Below are positions 45,286 through 56,069 of a stretch of 64,000 nt of DNA, in pieces; position 1 is the stretch's first letter; each line of letters opens with the position of its first letter. Below the pieces are notes generated by a model, which made no database searches, was not told the origin of the DNA, and saw nothing but the letters and a program-made list of their open reading frames with translations. The stretch is from a bacterium (lineage in GTDB: Bacteria > UBA8248 > JACPRG01 > G963555815). Both the position numbers and the translations under genes were made by a program. The stretch covers positions 3,328,001 through 3,392,000 of the forward strand of contig OZ244653.1 in the NCBI GenBank assembly GCA_965218795.1, given 5' to 3'.

Positions 45286-47748
45286 TCAGGGCATGCTGAC
45301 GGTCCGTTCTCCCGCCATCTCCACAACGGTCACTCCGTCTCCCCCGCCTTCGGGCTCTGCGGGAGCGAAGTTCTTCACAAGCGGATGACCTTCCAGCACC
45401 TCGGCAACGGCGCGTTTGAGCGCACCGGTTCCAATCCCGTGAATGATTCGAACAAAGGGCAAACCCGACAGGGCCGCTTCGTCCAGGTGCCTTTCAACCC
45501 GCTGCACGGCTTCCTCTGCGCGGTTGCCCAGCAGCTTCAACTCGATTCCCGCGCCGCCCCCGAAATCCATCGGCGCCCGTTCAGCACGTTCGATCGTCAC
45601 TCCGGTTTGGGCTTCCCTTCCTTTTTCTTCCCGGCCCAGGAGGATCAAGTCCTTTTCGGACAACCATGCGCGCTTGCCGTTCGCCTCGACGCACCACTCA
45701 CCTTTGCCGTTCCGTTTTCCCGTCACGACTCCATGCCAGCCCGTCGAACCGGACCGTACCCGGTCGCCGGCGCGGGCCGGGCGATGTTCCCTGACAGGGC
45801 GTTCCTCCTGCGGGACTTCGGACAATACCTCGTCACGGACCTTCTCCAGCTCGGCCACCCGTTGTCTGGCCAGGGCTTTGGCTCCGGGGGCGCCTTGGGC
45901 TCCACCCCGTCCCAATGCGCGAACCTCCCGCTGCAGATTGTGAACCTCCAAACGGGCGTCGCGCAGAAACCTCCCGGCCTTTTCATGAAAACGCTCGAGT
46001 TGCTCGGCAAGCCCGCGGCGCGTTTCGCGGGCCGCGGCCAATTCCGACTCAACGGCCTCTCGATCCCGGGCCACCCCTTCTTCCATGACCTGGAGCCGTC
46101 GCTCCCGGGCTTCCAGACGGTCGCCCAGGGTCCGCAGGTTCGGGTCGCCCCCGGAAACGATATCCTTCGCCCGCTCCACCACGTCCTCGGGCATACCCAG
46201 TCTTCCGGCCACGTCGAGGGCGTAGCTCGTGCCCGCAACCCCTTGGACCAGGCGATACGCGGGAGACAGCTTTTCCTTATCGAACTCAACCGCCGCGTTC
46301 ATCGCGCTGGGGGCTTGGTCGCCATAGGTTTTCAGGGCTTCATGATGCGTGGTCACGATCACCCAGGCCCCGCGCGAGACCAGGGCTTCCAAGAGGGCAA
46401 CCGCGAGGGCCGACCCTTCGGCGGGATCCGTCCCGGCGCCCAACTCATCCAGGAGAATGATCGAACGGTCGGTCGATTCGGCCAGGAAATCCACTTGGTG
46501 GGTGAGACGGGCCGAAAATGTGCTCAGGCTTTGGACCAGACTCTGATCGTCTCCGATGTCGGCAAAAACCCTGTCCAGGCGAGGGATGACCGTCCCCTCC
46601 GCCGCGGGGATGGGGCACCCTGCGTGCGCCATCAACGCGAGCAGTCCGACGGTCTTCAACGCGACGGTCTTGCCGCCGGTATTGGCGCCCGTGACGATCA
46701 ACTGGCGGTCCATTCCCTCCAGGTGAAGGTCCAGAGGGACGACGCCGGCCTTCCCCTTCTGTTTCTGGAGCAGGGGATGTCTGGCTTGGACCAGCCGAAA
46801 CCGTTCGCCCTCTGTCATCTCCGGCTCGATACAATCGAACGCAACTGCAAACCGGGCGATCGCCAATTGCACGTCAAATTCGATCAGCCATTCGGTCAGC
46901 GCTTCGAGCCCGGACCGGCGCTGCCTGATTTCATCGGTTAATTCGCGGAGGATTCGGTACGTCTCGGCCGCCTCGCCAACCCGCAGCTCGGCCAGCCGAT
47001 CGTTTTCAGACTGGATAATCTGGGGTTCGACATAGAGGGTCTGCCCGCTCGCGGATTGATCGAGAATGATGCCGCGCAACCCCCTCCGGAATCCCGGTTT
47101 GGCGGGAATGACGTACCGGTCACGGCGGATCAGGACGAGCGGCTCCTGCAGGATGTCCGCCCAATCCTGAACCTTGGATTCCAGGGTCGCGCGGATCCGG
47201 TTTCGCAGGGAAAGAAGGGCGTTCCGCATTTTCTTGAGGGCGGGGCTGGCATGGTCCGCAACCGTCCCGTCCTTTTCGAAGGATCGCTGAATTCGCTCGG
47301 CCAGCTGGGGTAGATCGGAGAGTTTCGGCGCGTCGGACAGGAGGTGTCGGCATGCGGGTTCACCGGCCAGAACCCACCGATGAACGGAAACGGCGCGCTC
47401 GATGGCGTCTCCCACCGCGACAATCCGTCCCGTTTCCAGGGGCTCCGCCCCTTCTTTGATCAAGTGAAGCCATTCCCGCAGGTCCATGAAACCGGACACC
47501 GGGCAAGGAGCGTCCGATAGCAGTCTGCGCAACTCGGCGACTCGGTCGAATCGTCTTCGTACGAAATCGGGGGAATCCGCGGCGGTCAGTCGGCCAATGG
47601 CCCGAGCTCCCGGTTCGGAGCTCGCGAATTCGGCGAGAAGTTGCCGAAGGGCGTCAAATTCGAGCGCCGCTGCGCCGCTTTCGGAGATGATGGATGGAGA
47701 GTGGATGGCACCGTCTCCTGTCTGACAACCGACCAGCCTAACGATCAT
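45286..47748 (-). CDS. mutS2: endonuclease MutS2
   Basis: LEF, SASGQTLYVEP, TGANTGGKT, SLSTFS, DELGAGTDP, TTH, Smr IIHGIGTG; exact start uncertain. Confidence 0.95.
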   Translation of the reverse strand: MIVRLVGCQTGDGAIHSPSIISESGAAALEFDALRQLLAEFASSEPGARAIGRLTAADSPDFVRRRFDRVAELRRLLSDAPCPVSGFMDLREWLHLIKEGAEPLETGRIVAVGDAIERAVSVHRWVLAGEPACRHLLSDAPKLSDLPQLAERIQRSFEKDGTVADHASPALKKMRNALLSLRNRIRATLESKVQDWADILQEPLVLIRRDRYVIPAKPGFRRGLRGIILDQSASGQTLYVEPQIIQSENDRLAELRVGEAAETYRILRELTDEIRQRRSGLEALTEWLIEFDVQLAIARFAVAFDCIEPEMTEGERFRLVQARHPLLQKQKGKAGVVPLDLHLEGMDRQLIVTGANTGGKTVALKTVGLLALMAHAGCPIPAAEGTVIPRLDRVFADIGDDQSLVQSLSTFSARLTHQVDFLAESTDRSIILLDELGAGTDPAEGSALAVALLEALVSRGAWVIVTTHHEALKTYGDQAPSAMNAAVEFDKEKLSPAYRLVQGVAGTSYALDVAGRLGMPEDVVERAKDIVSGGDPNLRTLGDRLEARERRLQVMEEGVARDREAVESELAAARETRRGLAEQLERFHEKAGRFLRDARLEVHNLQREVRALGRGGAQGAPGAKALARQRVAELEKVRDEVLSEVPQEERPVREHRPARAGDRVRSGSTGWHGVVTGKRNGKGEWCVEANGKRAWLSEKDLILLGREEKGREAQTGVTIERAERAPMDFGGGAGIELKLLGNRAEEAVQRVERHLDEAALSGLPFVRIIHGIGTGALKRAVAEVLEGHPLVKNFAPAEPEGGGDGVTVVEMAGERTVSMP

Positions 47749-47764
47749 CCTGCGGGAGAACGTT

Positions 47765-48085
47765 TCAATCCCCCATAAGAGAAGCTGTTGCGAGGATCAG
47801 CAACGGTCTCGACAGAAAACACTTCTTCTCAAAGCTTGAAATGCAGGCCGCGGGAATGGTTTGGAAGCGAAATGGAACCGGATGGGAGAGACCCTGAAGA
47901 CTGGTCGGCACCATGGCATGTCTGAGAGGCGCCAAACCCATCCTCATACACAGCGGCTCCCGAGGATCCATCGAATCAGAAAGACGGAAGAGACCAAGGA
48001 TTGTTGAAACGCCATCGCGGGTACCGGACGACCATCGAATGGACGAGAAAATTACCGGAAAATGAGCATGAATCAATCACTTGGC
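47765..48085 (-). pseudogene. possible cvpA remnant
   Basis: Stitched frames VID/FMLIF/FLVHSMV/SGTRDGVSTILGLF/VFLIRWILGSRC/YEDG resemble the CvpA N-terminus; cvpA often precedes mutS2. Confidence 0.3.
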
Positions 48086-48130
48086 TAAACCACGAATATA
48101 TTGTCGCCCCTCGATTTTGTCAACGAAATG

Positions 48131-48817
48131 TCACGGACTTGTCCGCGCCCTTTTCTCCTGGATTCCCGAGGTTCCAAACCGCCTTTTCAGCTCTTCGAAA
48201 ATGTCACCCGGTCCGCATTCCAGAGAGGAAAGGAGAACCAACGTGTGGAACCAGAGGTCCGTCACCTCGTTGACCAGATCATTCGCATTTTCTTTGCTGG
48301 CAGCGGCGATAACTTCCGCTGATTCTTCACCTATCTTTTTCAAAATCTTGTTTTGACCCTTTTGAAAAAGGGATTGAACGTAGGATTCACTATCACCCTG
48401 ACCGACCCTGAGGGCTTCCTTCCTTGACTCGATGACTTCGAATACTCGGCGAACCATCAGGTCGAGGTCCCAGGCCCCGATGGAGCCGGATTCATCGACC
48501 ACGCCATCCGCGGTGTGGAAAAAACAGGCGGGGCGCCCGGTGTGGCAGGCGACGCCCTCCTGCTCAACACGCAGGAGAACGGCATCCAGGTCACAATCGA
48601 AGTGGAGGGCGACCACCCGCTGGACGTGACCGGAGGTTTCCCCTTTTTTCCAGATTTCGTTCCGTGAGCGGCTGAAATAATGGGCGAACCCGGTCTTCCT
48701 TGTGAGTTCCAGGCTCTCCGCATCCATATAGGCGAGCATCAGAACCCGGCCGCTCCGGTCGTCCTGGGCGACGGCGGGAACCAACCCGCGCTCATCGAAT
48801 TTCACTTCCAAAACCAT
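48131..48817 (-). CDS. hisIE: bifunctional phosphoribosyl-AMP cyclohydrolase / phosphoribosyl-ATP diphosphatase
   Basis: SRSR..WKKGETSG, DCDLD, CHTG..CF; KKIGEE, DLWFH. Confidence 0.97.
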   Translation of the reverse strand: MVLEVKFDERGLVPAVAQDDRSGRVLMLAYMDAESLELTRKTGFAHYFSRSRNEIWKKGETSGHVQRVVALHFDCDLDAVLLRVEQEGVACHTGRPACFFHTADGVVDESGSIGAWDLDLMVRRVFEVIESRKEALRVGQGDSESYVQSLFQKGQNKILKKIGEESAEVIAAASKENANDLVNEVTDLWFHTLVLLSSLECGPGDIFEELKRRFGTSGIQEKRARTSP

Positions 48818-48841
48818 GTGTGCCCTCCCCCGGGGACTCCA

Positions 48842-49612
48842 TCACTGCATTCGGACACAGACGCCTTGATCGAGCAGATATTTCTTCACGGAGGAAACCG
48901 TCCATTCGCCGAAATGGAAGATGGATGCCGCCAGAGCCGCGTCGGCGCCTCCTTCCACCAAACCCTGCCGAAGGTGATCGGGACTTCCCACGCCGCCCGA
49001 GGCGACCACCGGAATGGAGACGGCATCCGAGACCGCCCGGGTCAACGCGAGGTCGTATCCCTCCCTGGTGCCGTCGCGATCCATACTCGTCAGCAGAATC
49101 TCCCCTGCGCCGCACTCCTCCGCCTCCTCCACCCATTCCAGGGCATCGATTCCCCTGGGTTTCCGGCCGCCATGGGTGTAGACCTCCCACCGAGCATCGT
49201 TTCCCCCGTCCTTCCGCTTCGCGTCCACGGCCACAACGATGCACTGGCTGCCGAAACGTCTTGCGCCTTCCCCGATGAGCTCGGGACGCTCGACGGCCGC
49301 CGTGTTGACCGAAACCTTGTCCGCCCCGGCGCGGAGGAGTTCCCGGATATCCTCGATCGTGCGGACGCCCCCTCCGACGGTCAAAGGGATGAATACGCGC
49401 TCGGCCGTCCTCGTCACCACGTCCAGAATGATCGGTCGTTCCTCATGGGAGGCCGTGATGTCCAGGAATGTGATTTCGTCGGCCCCCTCTCCGCTGTACG
49501 CTTCCGCGGCCTCCACCGGGTCGCCCGCGTCCACGAGGTTCAAGAAATTGATCCCCTTGACGACCCGCCCCGCGTTGACATCGAGACACGGAATGATCCG
49601 TTTGGCTAGCAT
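48842..49612 (-). CDS. hisF: imidazole glycerol phosphate synthase cyclase subunit
   Basis: [32 protein letters not shown]. Confidence 0.98.
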   Translation of the reverse strand: MLAKRIIPCLDVNAGRVVKGINFLNLVDAGDPVEAAEAYSGEGADEITFLDITASHEERPIILDVVTRTAERVFIPLTVGGGVRTIEDIRELLRAGADKVSVNTAAVERPELIGEGARRFGSQCIVVAVDAKRKDGGNDARWEVYTHGGRKPRGIDALEWVEEAEECGAGEILLTSMDRDGTREGYDLALTRAVSDAVSIPVVASGGVGSPDHLRQGLVEGGADAALAASIFHFGEWTVSSVKKYLLDQGVCVRMQ

Positions 49613-50331
49613 CCGGCCAGCTCCAGGGCGCGCGTGAAGTCCAAACGCCCTTCGTAGATCGCCCGGCCCGTGATCACGCCCATGACCCCCTCCGCCTCCA
49701 GCGGCAGGAGGGAGGCAATATCCTCCAGAGAAGAAACGCCGCCCGAGGCGATGACCGGTATGGACAGGCTCCGGGCCAGAGACCGTGTCGCCCCGACGTT
49801 GGGACCGGCCATCGCGCCGTCCTTGACGATATCCGTAAAAACGACGGCAGCGGGGTTTCCAGGCTCGTAGGTCCTGGCCAGATCCGCCGCTTCCACGTCC
49901 GTGCCCTCTTCCCATCCGGAGACGGCGACCTTTCCTTCCCGCGCATCGATACCCAGGAGGATTTCGCCCGGATGCTCTTTGAGGGCGGCATGGGAAAACT
50001 CCGGGTCCCGATGAAGCAGGGTTCCCAGGATGAGGAACGATGCCCCCGCGTCGAACGCCCGCCGGAGGCTCTCCTCGTTGCGGATTCCGCCGCCGAACTG
50101 TATGGGGACCGGAACCCGGGAGGCGATATCCTCCAGCACGCGCAGGTTGGCCCCCCGGCCCTCGAAGGCGCCGTCGAGATCCACGATGTGAAGACGCTGC
50201 GCGCCCTGGTCAACCCACTTCCGGGCCATCCCCACCGGGTCGCCGCTGAAGACCGTCTCCTTGTCGCGCCGCCCCTGGTAGAGCCGGACGCACCGTCCGT
50301 TTTTCAAATCGATGGCCGGGATGATGAGCAT
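49606..50331 (-). CDS. hisA: ProFAR isomerase
   Basis: [39 protein letters not shown]. Confidence 0.97.
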   Translation of the reverse strand: MLIIPAIDLKNGRCVRLYQGRRDKETVFSGDPVGMARKWVDQGAQRLHIVDLDGAFEGRGANLRVLEDIASRVPVPIQFGGGIRNEESLRRAFDAGASFLILGTLLHRDPEFSHAALKEHPGEILLGIDAREGKVAVSGWEEGTDVEAADLARTYEPGNPAAVVFTDIVKDGAMAGPNVGATRSLARSLSIPVIASGGVSSLEDIASLLPLEAEGVMGVITGRAIYEGRLDFTRALELAGC

Positions 50332-50369
50332 GTGTTTTCGCTTCGCGGCAAACCTTCCGACTGCTTCAT

Positions 50370-50700
50370 CCCGATTTCCGTCGCGGATCGAAGGACCCTG
50401 CGCGCAAATCGGGCCTGCGATTGCGGAACCGACAACTCCGCCTTCAAGGAAACGGCGGCCCACCATTCCAACGTAGCCCCAATCTGAGCAAGGTCCGAGC
50501 GGATATCGGGGATTACTTCGAATACACGACCTCTTCGTCGATTCATCCGGCCAAGCGGCTTTCGGTATCTTGACCCATCTTGAGATTCTCAGTGCGAAAT
50601 CGGCAGTTCCCGCTTTGCTCAAGAAAAAAGAGCGCCTTGCGGTCAATGGCCTGTAGCTCCGAATCTGAGCGAGGCTCGAAGGGCCGAGCGGAGATCGGAG
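50370..50700. repeat. three REP elements downstream of RAYT
   Basis: GCAG-GCCCGATTT..AAATCGGG (-, 50370-50418); GTAG-CCCCAATCTGAGC..TCGGGG (+, 50473-50511); GTAG-CTCCGAATCTGAGC..TCGGAG (+, 50653-50700). Confidence 0.8.
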
Positions 50701-50721
50701 GTCAAGCCGAATATCTGTCTG

Positions 50722-51182
50722 TTACCCCATCGTCAAATTCGAAAAGATAAGCCCGCGCGCTGTTGAATGCATAGTCGGCCGGCGATGCTGCAAGTCCTTT
50801 GCGCACAGGATTTTCGTGCATGTAATCGATTTGCATACGCCAGTGCCGATTCATTTCTCAAGCCTCGGTCGAAAAATGAATGCTGCCAAACAGTCCCAAT
50901 GCCTCGAATATTCTTGTTGTACCTTCGGGCAAACCTTCCTTTGACGCGCTTCATGATCTCTGAAAGCCCAGCAACCGAGATCGGATGAAGTATCAGATGG
51001 ACGTGATCCGGCATGATTACGTAGCCGTAAACCCTAAAAGAGAGTTCCACTTTATATGTCCGCAGCTCCCCGAGAAGAAGTTCAACCGCCTCGGTTTCCT
51101 GAAAAATGGGCCTCCTCCTATGTGAGACCGTTGTGACGAAGTAGCCAGCGCCGGCTTCCTCGAACCTCCTCAGCTTGGACAT
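50722..51182 (-). pseudogene. REP-associated tyrosine transposase (RAYT), frameshifted
   Basis: YFVTT, MPDHVH (HUH), WQHSFFD; the catalytic DYMHENPVRKGL..SA lies in a shifted frame (one extra base near 50840), stop at 50722. Confidence 0.88.
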
Positions 51183-51252
51183 CTCGAATCCCTGCTAATA
51201 TCACATCGGCCATCCTTCTGAACCTCTCGGCCTGCGCTCGCCGGGAGAATCG

Positions 51253-51498
51253 CCCCGATTTCCACTATGCTCAAATCGGGGCTACGGCCTGTTCGATCAG
51301 AAGGGTAACTGATGATTTTTCTTCTTCTGTTTTGCGAGGCTTTTTGAGCCATCTCGCAATCCTTCGCGGACAAGACAAGCGCGGCCGGTACGGAGCCCGG
51401 CCCCTGCGTGATCATCGAACCGAATTCGATCTCCATGCAGGGGCGGGGCTTCAGCCTGTGGCTGTTCAGCCCGTGGCTGTCCGTACCCGCCCTTGCAT
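51253..51498. repeat. REP elements upstream of RAYT (two classes)
   Basis: GTAG-CCCCGATTT..AAATCGGGG (-, 51253-51285); GCAG-GGGCCGG..CCGGCC (-, 51383-51407); ATGCAGGGGCGGG..CCCGCCCTTGCAT (51435-51498). Confidence 0.8.
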
Positions 51499-51550
51499 CT
51501 TCAGAGCGCAGTTCATGGGGCAGATCGCCCTTTGCGCGGCCGCGGAAAGC

Positions 51551-52204
51551 TTACAACCCCTTCGCCCACCCGACGAAGTTTTCGAGAATTTTCAAGCCCA
51601 GGGGGCCGCTCCGCTCCGGATGAAACTGACAAGCGAAGACGTTGTCGCGGAACACGCTGGAGACGAAGCTCACGCCGTAATCCGTCCGGGTGGAGACGAT
51701 GGCCTCGTCGCCCGGGTCGACAAAGAACGAATGCACAAAGTACAGCCAGGCGCCTTCGGGGGTATCGGCGACTCCCTTGAGGAGGGGAACGCTTTCCGGG
51801 TCTCTCGGGAGGGCCTGATTCCAGCCCATGTGCGGAATCTTCAGCCGATTCCCCCCGCGGTTGGTCATTGCCTTGGGAAACGGAACGACATCTCCCGCGA
51901 ACCAGCCCAGGCCCCGGGTCTCCCCGAACTCTCCGCTGCGCTCAAAAAGCACCTGGAGTCCCAGACAAATCCCAAGAAACGGCTTTCCCGACCGGACGGC
52001 GTCGAGGACGGCAGCGTCCAGACCCGCTTCCCGGAGATTCCGCATGCAGTCTCCGAAGGCCCCGACGCCCGGAAGGACGACGGCATTCGCCAAGGGCACC
52101 TCTTCCGGACGCGACACAACCCGAGCATCTTCACCGATCGCCCGAAATCCGTTCTGGACGCTCCGGAGATTGCCCATTCCGTAATCGACGATGACGATTT
52201 TCAC
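51551..52204 (-). CDS. hisH: imidazole glycerol phosphate synthase glutaminase subunit
   Basis: VDYGMGNL, LPGVGAF, GICLG, PHMGWN, YFVHS, QFHPE; GTGA overlap with hisB. Confidence 0.97.
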   Translation of the reverse strand: MKIVIVDYGMGNLRSVQNGFRAIGEDARVVSRPEEVPLANAVVLPGVGAFGDCMRNLREAGLDAAVLDAVRSGKPFLGICLGLQVLFERSGEFGETRGLGWFAGDVVPFPKAMTNRGGNRLKIPHMGWNQALPRDPESVPLLKGVADTPEGAWLYFVHSFFVDPGDEAIVSTRTDYGVSFVSSVFRDNVFACQFHPERSGPLGLKILENFVGWAKGL

Positions 52205-52788
52205 AGCGCCCCCTTTGTGGACGGGACCCCTTCGCGCCGGGGATCGGGCGAAACGGCGTCGCGCAGGGCCCTGCCGAATCCCTTGAAAACGGACTCCACC
52301 ATGTGATGGGTGTTCGTCCCGTGAAGGACTTCGACGTGCAAGTCGACCCCCCCATTCGTCGAGAAGGCCGAAAGGAACTCCTCCACCAGCTGCACGTCGA
52401 ATCTTCCCGTCTTCGAGGCGGGGTAGTTGCACCGGTAGTACAAAAAGGGCCGTCCGCTCAGGTCGAGGACAACACGGGCCAGAGCGTCCATCATGGGCGA
52501 CAGCGCGCTCCCGTAACGCCGAATGCCGGCTTTGTCGCCCAGGGCCTCCCGCAGGGCGGCGCCCAGGCAAATCCCGACGTCCTCCACCGTGTGGTGGTCA
52601 TCCACCTCGACGTCTCCCCGGGCCTTGACCCGCAGGTCGAAGAGCCCGTGTTTCGCCACCTGATCGAGCATGTGGTCGAAAAACGGAACGCCGGACTCGA
52701 TATCGGATTCTCCGACGCCCTCCAGATCCAACGCCAGCTCGATCTGTGTCTCGCTCGTCTTCCGCTCGATTCGGCCCGTTCGACTCAT
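52201..52788 (-). CDS. hisB: imidazoleglycerol-phosphate dehydratase
   Basis: FFDHML, DDHHTVED, DLSGRP, NTHHMVES.FK, PSTKG. Confidence 0.98.
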   Translation of the reverse strand: MSRTGRIERKTSETQIELALDLEGVGESDIESGVPFFDHMLDQVAKHGLFDLRVKARGDVEVDDHHTVEDVGICLGAALREALGDKAGIRRYGSALSPMMDALARVVLDLSGRPFLYYRCNYPASKTGRFDVQLVEEFLSAFSTNGGVDLHVEVLHGTNTHHMVESVFKGFGRALRDAVSPDPRREGVPSTKGAL

Positions 52789-52801
52789 CGGAGTTCTTTC
52801 C

Positions 52802-54145
52802 TCATGGTTTTCCCTTGCGCCTGTTTTCGATCCGCCGGGTTTTTTCTGAAAATCGGATGTCCAGGGAATGCGCGTGGCCGCCGAAGCCTTCCAGCTTTGC
52901 CAGGGTGACCGCCGCATCCTTGACTTTCGCCAACGCCGGCCTGGTCATCGATACGACGCTCGTGCGCTTTACGAAATCCTCCACCCCCAGTGGGGAAGCG
53001 AAGCGCGCAGACCCCCCCGTGGGCAGGACATGGTTGGATCCTGCAACGTAATCACCGACAGCCACTGGCGAATGTCCGCCGACGAACACCGCTCCCGCGC
53101 ATGCAAAGCGATCCACCCACCTCTCCGCATCCCGCACCCACAAGCTCAAATGCTCGGGCTGGATCTCCGCGGCAACGCCCGCCGCGGTCGTCAGCGCTGA
53201 CGTCTCTATGACCATACCGTTTCGGCTCCAGGCTTCCGCCGCGATTTCCCGCCGGTCCAGGTCCCCGAGCTGTCTCTTCACTTCACCGACGATCCGGTCC
53301 GCCAGCACCGCGGCGGATGAGCCTTTCCCGACGGCGATCAAACCGAGGAGCGTGTCCGGATCATGCTCCGCCTGTGCCAGCAGATCGGCCGCAGCCCAAT
53401 CGGGGCGGGCCGAGCTGTCGGCGACGATCAACAACTCCGACGGCCCCGCGATGTGGTCGATGCCCACCTCTCCGAATACGATCCGCTTGGCCGCCGAGAC
53501 GTATGCATTTCCCGGGCCGACGATCTTATCGACCGGGCGGATGCTTGCTGTGCCGTACGCCATCGCGCCGACGGCCTGCACCCCTCCGACCCGGTAAATC
53601 TCGGTGACGCCCGCCAAGTCAGCCGCCGCGAGGACCCATGGGTGGACGCGCCCCTCGGGATCCGGCGGGGTGCACATCACCCGCTCGGGCGCCCCTGCGA
53701 TCCGGGCCGGGATACCGGTCATCAGGACGGTTGACGGGTAAGCCGCCCGTCCTCCGGGTACGTAGAGGCCGACCCGCGCGATCGGGTACACCCGCAGGCC
53801 AAGCCTTTCACCCCGACGGTTGAGCGACCAGCCCGTCAGGCGCTGCTTCCGGTGGAAACGCTCGATCCGCTTGGCCGCCAAGCACAAGGCATCCATGCCG
53901 GCGGCGTCGCACCGTCGAATTCCCGCTTCGATCTCCCGGCGGGAGACACGAAGCCGGCGAGCCGAAAGATCAACTCCATCGAACTTCGAGGTGTACCGCA
54001 GAACCGCCCGATCACCGCCCTTCCGAACGGTATCCAGGATATCCCGGACTTGCTGCGTCACGCGGGCCTGTTCCCTCCGCCAAGCGGTCCGCCGTCGGGC
54101 CAACCGCTCCCGCCAGCGCGGATCCCGGGCATTGAGTCGAATCAT
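52802..54145 (-). CDS. hisD: histidinol dehydrogenase
   Basis: YVPGG, KIVGPGNAYV, AGPSE, QAEHD, PEHL, GDY.AGSNH.LPT. Confidence 0.98.
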   Translation of the reverse strand: MIRLNARDPRWRERLARRRTAWRREQARVTQQVRDILDTVRKGGDRAVLRYTSKFDGVDLSARRLRVSRREIEAGIRRCDAAGMDALCLAAKRIERFHRKQRLTGWSLNRRGERLGLRVYPIARVGLYVPGGRAAYPSTVLMTGIPARIAGAPERVMCTPPDPEGRVHPWVLAAADLAGVTEIYRVGGVQAVGAMAYGTASIRPVDKIVGPGNAYVSAAKRIVFGEVGIDHIAGPSELLIVADSSARPDWAAADLLAQAEHDPDTLLGLIAVGKGSSAAVLADRIVGEVKRQLGDLDRREIAAEAWSRNGMVIETSALTTAAGVAAEIQPEHLSLWVRDAERWVDRFACAGAVFVGGHSPVAVGDYVAGSNHVLPTGGSARFASPLGVEDFVKRTSVVSMTRPALAKVKDAAVTLAKLEGFGGHAHSLDIRFSEKTRRIENRRKGKP

Positions 54146-54801
54146 GTCTTCATCTTCCGCCGGCAGACCTGGATAAAATCATCGACCTCCCCGCGTCTGG
54201 TCTTCTGGCTCGCCCGGTTCACAATCAGCCGGGCGGAGGAGCGGAGGATCTCCCGGACCTCGGCAAGACCGTTTTCGCGGAGGGTGGTTCCGGTATCCAC
54301 CAGGTCCACGATGGCATCGGCCAGCCCCAAGGCGGGGGCCAGCTCGACGGCTCCGGAGAGTCTGACCACGTCTACCGGTATCGCTTCTTCCCGGAAAAAC
54401 TGTTCCGTCACATGGACAAACTTCGCCGCGACCCTCAGGTGGGCCCCTTCCACCAGGTCCCGCCATTCGGGGGCTGTTCCGTTCACCGCGGGGGCGGCCA
54501 AAACGAGACGGCAGAACCCGAAACCCAAATCCAGCGGCTCATAGACGGTCCGTTCCTGCTCGGTCAGAATGTCTTTGCCCACGACGCCGAGGTCGGCCGC
54601 TCCATGTTCTACATAGGTTGGGACGTCAACGTCCCGGATGCGCACGAACCGGATGCGGGCGCCGTTCCCTTCCCGAATCAGGCTCCGGTCGTCCCCCCAT
54701 CCTTCCGACGCGACATAGTTCATTCTCCGCAGCAGATCCCAGGCCGGCTGAAACAACCGTCCTTTGGGAAGCGCCAGGGTCAACGGCCGGTTTCTTTTCA
54801 T
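54142..54801 (-). CDS. hisG: ATP phosphoribosyltransferase, short form
   Basis: ALPKGRL, GAVELAP..ADAIVDLVDTGTTLRENGL; lacks the C-terminal regulatory domain (needs HisZ, not in this window). Confidence 0.97.
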   Translation of the reverse strand: MKRNRPLTLALPKGRLFQPAWDLLRRMNYVASEGWGDDRSLIREGNGARIRFVRIRDVDVPTYVEHGAADLGVVGKDILTEQERTVYEPLDLGFGFCRLVLAAPAVNGTAPEWRDLVEGAHLRVAAKFVHVTEQFFREEAIPVDVVRLSGAVELAPALGLADAIVDLVDTGTTLRENGLAEVREILRSSARLIVNRASQKTRRGEVDDFIQVCRRKMKT

Positions 54802-56048
54802 GGCACTCGCTCAATCCGGGCCCCAAGGGCCGATAGCTTTTCCTCGATTCGCTCGTATCCCCGATCGATATGGTACACGCGATTGACGACGGTTTTCCCC
54901 TCGGCGGCGAGTCCGGCGAGGATCAACGAGGCGCTGGCCCGAAGGTCCGTAGCCATGACCTGGGCGCCCAACAGGCGGTCCACCCCCCGGACCACGGCCC
55001 GGCTCCCTTCCACCTGGATGTCGGCCCCCATTCTCCTCAGCTCCGCTGCGTGGAGGAAACGATTTTCGAAAATGGTCTCCGTGATGACGGACGTCCCCTC
55101 CGCCAGGCTCAAGAGAACCATCATCTGGGCCTGAAGGTCGGTGGCAAAGCCGGGAAAGGGCGCCGTCTGAAAATCCACCGCCCGAATCGGCCGGGAGCCC
55201 GTGACGCGGATTCGATCGCCGTCATCTTGGAGCTCCAGACCCGATGACGACATTTTATCCGTCAGGGCTCCGAGATGCTCCGGGTACGCCCCCAGAATAC
55301 TGATTTCCCCGCCGGTCAAGGCCCCCGCCAACAAGTAGCTTCCCGCCTCGATGCGATCGGGAATGGTGCGCGCCCGGAATCCACCCAGACGCGGGGTTCC
55401 GACGACCTCGACGGTATCCGTTCCAACCCCGGAGACCTCGGCGCCCATGGATCGAAGCGCTTCGGCGAGCTGGACCACCTCCGGTTCCCCGGCGGCGTTG
55501 TGAATGCGCGTCCTCCCTTCGGCCAGCGAAGCCGCCATCATCAGGTTTTTCGTACCCGTGACGGTCACCAGATCGAGGAATATCTCCGCGCCCTTGAGCC
55601 TCCCGGCCCGAGCAAAGATGTATCCATCCTCCAGCCGGATATCGACCCCGAGGGCGGCGAGCCCTTTCAGGTGCTGGTCGATTGGCCGCCCGCCGATGGC
55701 GCAACCGCCCGGCAGCGAAACCTCCGCCTTTCCCAATCGGGCCACCAGTGCGCCCAGCACCATCACCGAGGCCCTCATCTTCCTCACGAAATCATAGGGT
55801 GCCCGGCCGCCGCGTAATTCGCTCGCCTGGAGCTCCGCCGAGCCGTTGTTGGAAGTGACGCTGACGCCCAGTCCTTCCAGCAGTCCCAGAAAGCTCTCCA
55901 CATCCTGCAGAACGGGAAGGTTTTCCACCCGACAAGGCTCTTCGGTCAGCAGGCAGGCGGCCATCAAAGGCAGCGCGGCGTTCTTGGCCCCGCTGATCGG
56001 AACCTCTCCCTTCAAAGGTACGCCGCCCTGAATGACAATCCGATCCAT
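54798..56048 (-). CDS. murA: UDP-N-acetylglucosamine 1-carboxyvinyltransferase
   Basis: GAKNAALP, MRAS, LPGGCAIG.RP, PDRIE, PGFATD.QAQ, ATDLRA. Confidence 0.98.
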   Translation of the reverse strand: MDRIVIQGGVPLKGEVPISGAKNAALPLMAACLLTEEPCRVENLPVLQDVESFLGLLEGLGVSVTSNNGSAELQASELRGGRAPYDFVRKMRASVMVLGALVARLGKAEVSLPGGCAIGGRPIDQHLKGLAALGVDIRLEDGYIFARAGRLKGAEIFLDLVTVTGTKNLMMAASLAEGRTRIHNAAGEPEVVQLAEALRSMGAEVSGVGTDTVEVVGTPRLGGFRARTIPDRIEAGSYLLAGALTGGEISILGAYPEHLGALTDKMSSSGLELQDDGDRIRVTGSRPIRAVDFQTAPFPGFATDLQAQMMVLLSLAEGTSVITETIFENRFLHAAELRRMGADIQVEGSRAVVRGVDRLLGAQVMATDLRASASLILAGLAAEGKTVVNRVYHIDRGYERIEEKLSALGARIERVP

Positions 56049-56069
56049 GATTGCGGACTCTCCGCGGAC

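Noticed and set aside
44620-46941. 773-aa plus-strand ORF
   Set aside because: Antisense shadow across dnaG/mutS2.
49613-50646. Long N-terminal extensions in the ORF track (hisF, hisA; also hisH, prmC, rpoD)
   Set aside because: They overlap upstream genes or REP DNA; conserved N-termini and RBSs indicate the shorter starts reported.
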